This document shows, one piece after another, positions 1-6,331 of a stretch of DNA of 35,465 nt (within the stretch, counting starts at the first letter, position 1; each line of letters begins with the position of its first letter). The translations under genes were made by a program, and so were the position numbers. The stretch lies in IMG/VR virus record IMGVR_UViG_2534681764_000015; one strand, given 5' to 3'. The stretch is from a virus (Duplodnaviria > Heunggongvirae > Uroviricota > Caudoviricetes). The notes beneath the pieces are model-generated. The model made no database searches, was not told the origin of the DNA, and saw only the letters and a program-made list of their open reading frames with translations.

Positions 1-98
1 AAATTAGATACTAAATATATGTGAAGGGTGTTGAATGGGTCAACGCCTACGGGGGAGAACATCCCCCGCTAACCTTTTTCTTATTTGAGGATTTACCT

Positions 99-200
99 AT
101 GGTTGAATTTTTGATTTATCTGGCTGTAGGATTAACTATCGTATATTCACTGGCACATATTGGCATTTCTACTTTGTGTAACGCTTTCAAGTATAATTAA
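99..200 (+). CDS. small hydrophobic peptide (33 aa), hypothetical
   Basis: ATG at 99 with GAGGA 7 nt upstream; product MVEFLIYLAVGLTIVYSLAHIGISTLCNAFKYN is one predicted TM helix; below ORF-track size cutoff. Confidence 0.3.
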   Translation: MVEFLIYLAVGLTIVYSLAHIGISTLCNAFKYN

Positions 201-253
201 TTAAATCGATGAATTGAACTATAGATGATGGTCGTTTTCAAAGAGGATTATCT

Positions 254-427
254 ATGGATCTTTTTGTCTACTTTGCTACTCTGCTGTTTTTGACTATCGT
301 CGCTGGCATTAAATTGATTTTTATATCGCTGGTGGTGTTTTTCAAATTTCTAATCGGTACGCCTTACGGCTGGGTATGCTTCTTTTTGTTTATTCTTTTT
401 AGTTGCTGTAAAAAGGATACTAAATAA
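254..427 (+). CDS. small membrane protein (57 aa), hypothetical
   Basis: ATG at 254 preceded by AAGAGGA; product MDLFVYFATLLFLTIVAGIKLIFISLVVFFKFLIGTPYGWVCFFLFILFSCCKKDTK strongly hydrophobic; preferred over antisense ORF 350..556. Confidence 0.4.
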   Translation: MDLFVYFATLLFLTIVAGIKLIFISLVVFFKFLIGTPYGWVCFFLFILFSCCKKDTK

Positions 428-584
428 TAGTGTAATCTGCCTTTTCTCCTTATGGTTATTAACAGGGGATCTTCTTTGAGGATTCCCGATTAAAAGCCAT
501 AAAACACACTCCAGTACAGTGTTTTCATAGTCAGGATCTATACAACATAAAAACATAACAAGTATAGATTGAGTATTAATCCTC

Positions 585-610
585 CCGCCTCGAAAGAGGC
601 GGTTATTTTT
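585..610 (+). terminator. rho-independent terminator candidate
   Basis: hairpin CCGCCTC-GAAA-GAGGCGG followed by TTATTTTT. Confidence 0.5.
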
Positions 611-687
611 CTGGCTTTAAAGAATAATGTAGCATTATGTTCATTATAACCTCATCTTTGTTGTGCAAACCTAACCTAAACTTACTA

Positions 688-711
688 GGGACTCTTCGGA
701 GTCCCTTTTTT
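688..711 (+). terminator. rho-independent terminator candidate
   Basis: perfect hairpin GGGACTC-TTCG-GAGTCCC followed by TTTTTT; abuts stop codon of minus-strand gene 710..1654. Confidence 0.55.
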
Positions 712-1654
712 ATTGGCAGTAAGAAAAGTTAGTACCGTACATTTCATCATGAAGCATTGCAACATTGCGTTTCTGTTCTTCTTCCTCGTCTACCGCATCA
801 CTAGAAAAATGAGATTTGCCCTTAAAAGAACGAAGCAATTGCAGTGCAGCCATCGGATCACGCATCACATCGATTTTCACTTCTACTTCATCATTTGCGG
901 CCTCATCAGCCGCATTTTCAACTACTGCCACCGGAGCAACTTCTTTAGCTTTCAGTTCTTCAATCTCAGCTTTCTGTGCTTCGATGATCTGGTCTTTTTC
1001 TTCCAGCGCAGCTTTCAGTTCTGCGATCTGTGCTTCCAGTGCAGAGAAACGATCTTCAACAGCAACCGGAGAAACAGCATTAACCTGTGCTTCCAGTTCT
1101 ACGAAAGCGTCGCAAGATTCAATACGTGCTTTTTCTTCACCTTCATATGCAACCAGTTCTACTACTTCTTTCTCAGTAGTGTGGCTGTTAAAGAATACAG
1201 CAAAGTAAGGATTGCCGGATTTGGTGAAGTTCAGTTTAGCTTTTCCGGTAACTTCTTTACGACGACCAAAGGTAATGTTGCAATCAGCGGTATCCTGAAA
1301 ATCCATGTTAGGAGCGGAAACGATAGCAGTATCACCAGCAATCACTAGGTGGAACAGTTCAGAAGAGTTCTTAACGGTGAAAGTAACGATGTGGTCTACT
1401 GCAACGTCTTTAGCAGGTTTAACGCGGTCGATTGCTTTACGAATGCCGTTAGGCAGTTTACCGTCAACACCAAAGCCAGCCGCGATCAGTGCTTCACGAT
1501 GTGCTTTAAAGCCAGCGAAAGCGGATTTCTGCTGCGCAAAGGAAACATGAGCAACAACTTTCGGCTGAATCTTCTTGTTTGCTTCGGTGCCAAATTTGAT
1601 AACTGCTTTAGCGTTGGTTACTTCGTTAGTGAAAAAGTTAGCGGAAAATAACAT
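710..1654 (-). CDS. hypothetical protein with central coiled coil and acidic C-terminal tail (314 aa)
   Basis: long ORF with AGGAG 8 nt upstream of ATG; heptad-like segment ALEAQIAELKAALEEKDQIIEAQKAEIEELKAK; function not recognised. Confidence 0.6.
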   Translation of the reverse strand: MLFSANFFTNEVTNAKAVIKFGTEANKKIQPKVVAHVSFAQQKSAFAGFKAHREALIAAGFGVDGKLPNGIRKAIDRVKPAKDVAVDHIVTFTVKNSSELFHLVIAGDTAIVSAPNMDFQDTADCNITFGRRKEVTGKAKLNFTKSGNPYFAVFFNSHTTEKEVVELVAYEGEEKARIESCDAFVELEAQVNAVSPVAVEDRFSALEAQIAELKAALEEKDQIIEAQKAEIEELKAKEVAPVAVVENAADEAANDEVEVKIDVMRDPMAALQLLRSFKGKSHFSSDAVDEEEEQKRNVAMLHDEMYGTNFSYCQ

Positions 1655-1696
1655 TATAAATACTCCTGTAGAAAGTTAGTTTTAATTGTTCATTTC

Positions 1697-1740
1697 AAGC
1701 CTCCTTTGCTGCAACAAGGGAGGCTTTTTCTTTTTTTAAA
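1697..1740 (+). terminator. rho-independent terminator candidate (plus-strand polarity)
   Basis: hairpin AAGCCTCC...GGAGGCTT with extended stem followed by TTTTTCTTTTTTT. Confidence 0.5.
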
Positions 1741-1769
1741 GCCATCATATAATTCTCAGTGAAAGTGGA

Positions 1770-1949
1770 TTAACAAACTTGAACGTTAATCTTTACCTGA
1801 ATTTCGTATTTCTTCATTAGCTTGTAGAATCCGCTTCTATCAATTCCTTCCTTCTTAAAGAAGTTTTCCCCGCCTCGCTCAGTGTCGCTGTAAAAGCGTT
1901 TAGCAATATCAACAATCATTTCACGAGTGAACTTAACAGGTCTAGCCAT
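1770..1949 (-). CDS. small putative DNA-binding protein, GRP/ARP-motif family (59 aa)
   Basis: ATG at 1949 with GAGGAA 9 nt upstream (ORF track starts at GTG 1964); N-terminal ARPVKFTREMIVDIAKRFY and C-terminal GFYKLMKKYEI motifs shared with 5376..5609. Confidence 0.5.
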   Translation of the reverse strand: MARPVKFTREMIVDIAKRFYSDTERGGENFFKKEGIDRSGFYKLMKKYEIQVKINVQVC

Positions 1950-2048
1950 CAGTCGATTCCTCACATGTGGATTAATAATTTCTTAAAAAAGAGCATTTCG
2001 CTCTGAACACTTGTATTTATAAAATGATTTTCAGAAAACCCTGTAAAA

Positions 2049-2070
2049 CCACTGTATATCCGATCAGTGG
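2049..2070. promoter_or_regulatory. 22-bp palindrome CCACTGTATATCCGATCAGTGG, SOS-box-like operator candidate
   Basis: CTGT-N8-TCAG core, one mismatch from LexA CTGT-N8-ACAG; perfect 6-bp dyad arms. Confidence 0.4.
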
Positions 2071-2133
2071 GAGCACGAATTGCTAAAGAGAAGATTAATT
2101 ATTAATCAATTCGTACAATATTCAACCGAAAAA

Positions 2134-2155
2134 GCACTGTATATCTAACCAGTGC
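2134..2155. promoter_or_regulatory. 22-bp palindrome GCACTGTATATCTAACCAGTGC, second SOS-box-like operator candidate
   Basis: shares ACTGTATATC with first box; outer arm base changed compensatorily so dyad symmetry is kept. Confidence 0.4.
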
Positions 2156-2306
2156 TGTATGAATTAGCAGTGAATCAGGAGATTTTCAGAAGTGAACAAT
2201 CATTTCACACATGTATTTATAACGTGGAAATTCTTGCTTATCATCTATATGGGGACTGTTTAGAAAATTTCAACCCCCACCAGTGAGAAAAAGTATAAAA
2301 TAATCC

Positions 2307-2320
2307 TTGACAGTTGTCAA
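2307..2320. promoter_or_regulatory. palindrome TTGACAGTTGTCAA (operator or -35 candidate)
   Basis: perfect inverted repeat of TTGACA hexamer; related palindrome at 3829..3848. Confidence 0.3.
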
Positions 2321-2516
2321 TACACTTGACCTAAGCGAGAAATGACTATCAAAATTTTTGTTTGAAAATGGTAGATCAGGATTATCAACCTTTATAACCT
2401 ATTATAGCACGGAGACCTTTTGACAATTCTTTTTAAATCATTAACTTACGCCACTTTTTGGTGATTTTTTGATTAAATAATATACAAGAATTTTCTATCA
2501 AAATATTTGATGGGAA

Positions 2517-2711
2517 TTGCCCCTGAAATTCTGAATTTTGCCCCCGAACCAAAATACCCAAGATTCCACTATCCCATTTTTGCCCCTGAAACCCACTATT
2601 TTTGCCCCTGAAATTCTGGGAAACAGTGATTTTGCCCCTCATTTTTGCCCCTGAAATGCCAATAATTGCCCCTGAAAATCTAATTTTTGCCCCTGAAATT
2701 TGCCCCCGAAA
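2517..2711 (+). repeat. array of nine direct iterons, consensus TTTTGCCCCTGAAA
   Basis: copies starting 2517, 2538, 2580, 2602, 2632, 2645, 2666, 2687, 2700; spacings mostly 21 bp multiples; no ORF. Confidence 0.7.
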
Positions 2712-2844
2712 AGGATTGGTAAGAAAAACTCTTTATAAAACATTAACTTAGTGAGGGGTAAAACGGGGAATCGGGCGTGCATAGATATTATATAACACAT
2801 TCGCTACGCTCATGTGTAAAACCAAAAATAACCAAAAAGATATT

Positions 2845-2864
2845 AGGAGGGCTTTGCCCGACTG
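2845..2864 (+). repeat. left copy of 20-bp direct repeat AGGAGGGCTTTGCCCGACTG
   Basis: 19/20 identical to copy at 3238..3257. Confidence 0.6.
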
Positions 2865-2974
2865 CGCGTAGCGCTAACCAATTACTTCTAGTAACAACTA
2901 ATTTAAACTAGATGATACTAGATGGTCTTAGAAGGAATTAACTAGTTTGCTCGCTCGCTTCGCTCACTCTCAAA

Positions 2975-2997
2975 CGTCTGCGACGCCACTGCGTGGC
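2975..2997. promoter_or_regulatory. GC-rich twin palindrome CGTCTGCGACG / GCCACTGCGTGGC
   Basis: two abutting perfect palindromes in an otherwise AT-rich non-coding region; candidate protein-recognition or cleavage site. Confidence 0.3.
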
Positions 2998-3237
2998 ATC
3001 GAGAATCACTTTTGAAAGGATTTTCTTAGAAAGGGATTTTAATACTAGATGATAACTGATTCTAGTAAACGAACGAAGTGAGTAACAATCACTTTCTAGA
3101 AAGGTATTGGTTATCCCTTCGGGATCGCAACCTGCGGTTGCTGAAATTGCTTCCTGATTATTCTTTCTTCGAAAGAAAGATTCTTATATTCTAAAGATAC
3201 TTCTTCGTTTTGATGATGATTTAATCAAAATCTATGA

Positions 3238-3257
3238 AGGAGGGCTATGCCCGACTG
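3238..3257 (+). repeat. right copy of 20-bp direct repeat AGGAGGGCTATGCCCGACTG
   Basis: 19/20 identical to copy at 2845..2864; lies about 90 bp upstream of gene 3348. Confidence 0.6.
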
Positions 3258-3347
3258 AATACCAATCCCTTCCAAATAGATAAAAAATTCTCGTTATAAA
3301 TACTAGTGTAATTTGTTTGATTCACTTTCTTTTAGAGGATTTCCACT

Positions 3348-3806
3348 ATGAACCACAAGATGACTACCACTACTCCTTTTATCCTTCTGGGTCTGGATTC
3401 TGATAGCTTCCACAATGACAAGTTAATGAAGATGTTCCGTGAACGTGGTTATAACATCCTTTTCAACTCTGATGAATCCCATTTCTCTAGTGCATGGTAT
3501 GCGTTTTGCCGTAATAAGAAGCCGACCATTGTTGTTAACGTCTTCACCGATGAAGAACGCTTAAAGTACCAGAATCTACCAGCAATTATTGTTCGTGATG
3601 ATCTGCCGTTTCAAGTCCGTTCCGGTGACATTGACCTGGGTAGCTTCTTGACTCTTCGTGAACTGGATGAAGCAATGTTTAATTACGGTAAAGAAACCGC
3701 TCAGGAAGCCCCAGAACAAGATGAGGAAGACGAAGACTACGCACCAATCGCTTTCTCTTCTCACGGTGGCTTCTACGGTTACGATGAAGGCTTAGATATG
3801 CTGTAA
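3348..3806 (+). CDS. hypothetical early protein with acidic C-terminal tail (152 aa)
   Basis: ORF with AGAGGA RBS; C-terminal EAPEQDEEDEDYAPIAF; first gene after the 1.4-kb non-coding region. Confidence 0.6.
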   Translation: MNHKMTTTTPFILLGLDSDSFHNDKLMKMFRERGYNILFNSDESHFSSAWYAFCRNKKPTIVVNVFTDEERLKYQNLPAIIVRDDLPFQVRSGDIDLGSFLTLRELDEAMFNYGKETAQEAPEQDEEDEDYAPIAFSSHGGFYGYDEGLDML

Positions 3807-3841
3807 GTTAGGTCAACCCTTTGGCGTCTTGTCAAGGGGTA

Positions 3842-3870
3842 TTGACAAAAATTTCTGACTTTTTTATGAT
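3842..3870 (+). promoter_or_regulatory. sigma70-type promoter TTGACA-N17-TATGAT
   Basis: consensus -35 at 3842-3847, 17-bp spacer, near-consensus -10 at 3865-3870, about 57 bp upstream of ATG 3927; -35 is the right half of inverted repeat 3829..3848. Confidence 0.55.
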
Positions 3871-3926
3871 TATCGCACTTGACAACTTTGAACCTATTTG
3901 ACCTAGATTTGTAAAGAGGATGTAAC

Positions 3927-4259
3927 ATGAAAGAATTTACCATCACTAAATCCCTGTATGACTGGACTGTTAAAATCTCCGGCAAAACCGTTTCTGTAAC
4001 CCCTAGCCATGTAGAAAATGATTGGGGTGTATCCCGTGAAACTATCTCCCGTAGTATGCATGTTCCGTTTGATCTGATGACCTTAACTGGTATTCATGCA
4101 ATGCTGGAAGTTCGCGAGCAATTCGAAGCTGGTAATCACAATGCGACTCCAGTTAACAATCACCTTCTTACTAATGAAGAACGTGAAATCATCGAAAATT
4201 GGCGTTATGAATATGCGATTCCTTATTATGAAGAAGACCAAGTAGAAATCGATTGGTAA
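3927..4259 (+). CDS. hypothetical protein (110 aa)
   Basis: ORF downstream of strong promoter with AAGAGGA RBS. Confidence 0.6.
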   Translation: MKEFTITKSLYDWTVKISGKTVSVTPSHVENDWGVSRETISRSMHVPFDLMTLTGIHAMLEVREQFEAGNHNATPVNNHLLTNEEREIIENWRYEYAIPYYEEDQVEIDW

Positions 4260-4348
4260 TAAATTTCTATCATAAATAAAATTGTTCCGGTTGAGATGCC
4301 GGAACTAGGAGGACCAAATCACTAAACCGTTTAAGGGGAATTTTTACT

Positions 4349-5182
4349 ATGAATACTGTTACTACTATGAATACTGCTGTTAAAACTGCTTCCGTGTCTC
4401 TGGTTGTTGATAACACCAAACCACTGACCATGTCTTCTCGTCAGATCGCTGAATTTACCGGAAAAGAACACCACAAAGTTAAAGTTGATATAACTAAGAT
4501 GTTGAATGCTCTAGGTTATGAAGATCACGCGAAGTTTCGCGTCATCTATTTTGACCAATACGGACGCGAACAAAACGAATATCAACTAGACGAAGAAATG
4601 ACTCTGACTCTTGTCACTGGTTACGATGTTAAGCGTCGAATGGTTGTTATTCAGGAATGGAAACGACTGAAAGAAGAAAATGAAAAACTGCGTTCTCAGC
4701 AAGTCAACCCATACGCAAACATGACTAAGCTCGATTGGATTCGTGAGGCAATGGAATTAGAAGCCGCAAACGAACAACTGATTCAAGAAAAAGAACAATT
4801 AGTTGATCTTCATATCCGTAAAGCTATTGATGCACACAGTCTTAGCCGCTTATTAGGCGAAAAACGAGGCTCTACGAAGGTACAAATGATTCTGAAAGGT
4901 TTATGTGCTGCTGGTGTTCTTGAGCGTCGTCTGGATGCTTCTGGTAAGCCTAAAGGCTATGATCTGCTTCCTCCTGGCTATATGTTCGCTCGTATGTCGG
5001 CACACGGTCAGATCGAGTTCACTGCTGATGCTATCCCGCATCTCGTAAAACTCGGATTGCTTGAAGAAGAAAAGGCCGCAACTTTGAAATTGCCACAGCC
5101 GAATAACTCACGAGCAATCATTAATAACACTGCTTTGCTGATTCGTCAGAATGCTGGCTCTCTGGAAGTCTTCGGACTGTAA
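4349..5182 (+). CDS. Rha-family phage regulatory protein / antirepressor-like (277 aa)
   Basis: N-terminal LTMSSRQIAEFTGKEHHKVKVDITKMLNAL...YFDQYGREQNEYQLDEEMTLTLVTGYD matches the Phage_pRha signature as recalled; coiled-coil middle. Confidence 0.65.
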   Translation: MNTVTTMNTAVKTASVSLVVDNTKPLTMSSRQIAEFTGKEHHKVKVDITKMLNALGYEDHAKFRVIYFDQYGREQNEYQLDEEMTLTLVTGYDVKRRMVVIQEWKRLKEENEKLRSQQVNPYANMTKLDWIREAMELEAANEQLIQEKEQLVDLHIRKAIDAHSLSRLLGEKRGSTKVQMILKGLCAAGVLERRLDASGKPKGYDLLPPGYMFARMSAHGQIEFTADAIPHLVKLGLLEEEKAATLKLPQPNNSRAIINNTALLIRQNAGSLEVFGL

Positions 5183-5188
5183 TAATTT

Positions 5189-5216
5189 TTGCCCCTGAAT
5201 TTCAGGGGCTTTTTTG
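5189..5216 (+). terminator. rho-independent terminator built from the iteron motif
   Basis: TTTTGCCCCTGAATTTCAGGGGC hairpin followed by TTTTTTG, directly after stop of 4349..5182. Confidence 0.65.
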
Positions 5217-5375
5217 TATCTGTAGATGCGCTGAACTTTAAGCGCATCCCTCCAGATTTGGATGCATCTATAGATCAGTCCAGATTTGGACTCAACTTAG
5301 AAATGAGCGCAGTTTTGCGCCGATTGTTTTACATACAAAAAAGCCACTCCGAAGAGTGGCAAAGAGAATCAAAAC

Positions 5376-5609
5376 TCAAAAACCTGTTGCTTCTACGATC
5401 TGACCATCACCGATCTGAACATAGAATTTAATGTCCAACTTCTTCATATTCTTATAGAATTGGGCGATTGAGATCCCATGTTCACTAAGAATCTGTTCTT
5501 TCGCTTCCTTACCACGATCCGCTGTATAATAAGCGTAGGCAATATCAGCCATCTGTTCAGCGTTAAAACGGGCAGGGCGACCGCGAGTAGCTTTAGTAGT
5601 CATAGTCAT
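5376..5609 (-). CDS. small putative DNA-binding protein, GRP-motif family (77 aa)
   Basis: ATG at 5609 with GGAGA upstream (track start 5636 is GTG); TRGRPARFNAEQMADIAYAYY and FYKNMKKLDI motifs paralogous to 1770..1949. Confidence 0.5.
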   Translation of the reverse strand: MTMTTKATRGRPARFNAEQMADIAYAYYTADRGKEAKEQILSEHGISIAQFYKNMKKLDIKFYVQIGDGQIVEATGF

Positions 5610-5638
5610 TTTCTCCAAATTAAAGTGAATGTTCACCT

Positions 5639-6244
5639 TTATTTAGAGGACTTACATTTTATCGGAAAAAGTTCTCCATCGTCAACCGACATAAAGAACT
5701 CTGCCTTAATCCCGTACTTCTTCAACCGTGAATAATATGTACCCCGACTAATATCAACCTTGCGCAGCACTTCGAAGAACTCTTTAGGATTCCTGTAATA
5801 GTGGCTATATCGCACGTTAGCGAGTTCTACAAACAATTCCCTTGAATCACCATAGCCTTTCTTAAAAGCCACATTACGATAGCGTGTAATGGCATGATTC
5901 AATCTCTTCTGTTTAAGCACTTCCCTAATCGGTGTCCACTGCAACCGATAGATAGGACCGTCATCTACTCGATAGAATCGCTTAATGTCAAAATCAAACC
6001 ATTCACGAACTCTATTAAACTCTGTCTGTGATGTACGATGCTTCTTAAAGAAGTTATGAATATCGGTATACCCATGATCGCGATACAACTCGATTAAAAT
6101 CTGTTTAGCTTCCTCACGACTAAAGCCAGATGTTGTGTAATCAGTCTTCTTGTGATGGTGCTTAACTGGCAAACGATATTCATGATCGGTACAACAAGAA
6201 AAGGCTAATTCTAATGCATCTCTTTGTTGCTGATTAATTAGCAT
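5639..6244 (-). CDS. hypothetical protein with C-terminal HTH-like motif (201 aa)
   Basis: ORF divergent from terminase; C-terminal ISRGTYYSRLKKYGI resembles the C-terminal motif of the two small GRP-family proteins. Confidence 0.55.
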   Translation of the reverse strand: MLINQQQRDALELAFSCCTDHEYRLPVKHHHKKTDYTTSGFSREEAKQILIELYRDHGYTDIHNFFKKHRTSQTEFNRVREWFDFDIKRFYRVDDGPIYRLQWTPIREVLKQKRLNHAITRYRNVAFKKGYGDSRELFVELANVRYSHYYRNPKEFFEVLRKVDISRGTYYSRLKKYGIKAEFFMSVDDGELFPIKCKSSK

Positions 6245-6331
6245 ACACCCCCCTTAAATCTTAATACCCGTATTTATCAAAATATCAACAATTTAATAAA
6301 TACCTTCATATTTCGTAATGAGGGTAATTAC

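Noticed and set aside
350-556. 68-aa minus-strand ORF
   Set aside because: Overlaps the RBS-supported plus-strand small membrane ORF 254..427; no convincing RBS; kept as unlikely.
713-1651. Plus-strand ORFs (211, 130, 81, 100 aa) overlapping gene 710..1654
   Set aside because: Low-complexity Phe/Ser-rich translations, antisense to a well-supported minus-strand gene with good RBS.
2517-2711. Iteron array considered as a CRISPR array
   Set aside because: Repeat unit is only 12-14 bp, spacers are 1-28 bp and irregular, and no cas genes are present; this is a binding-site array, not CRISPR.
1950-3347. tRNA or rRNA genes in the long non-coding region
   Set aside because: No cloverleaf-compatible segment or conserved T-loop (GGTTCGAATCC-like) motif found by eye; hairpins present are short and not tRNA-like. 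A tRNA scan would be needed to exclude fully.
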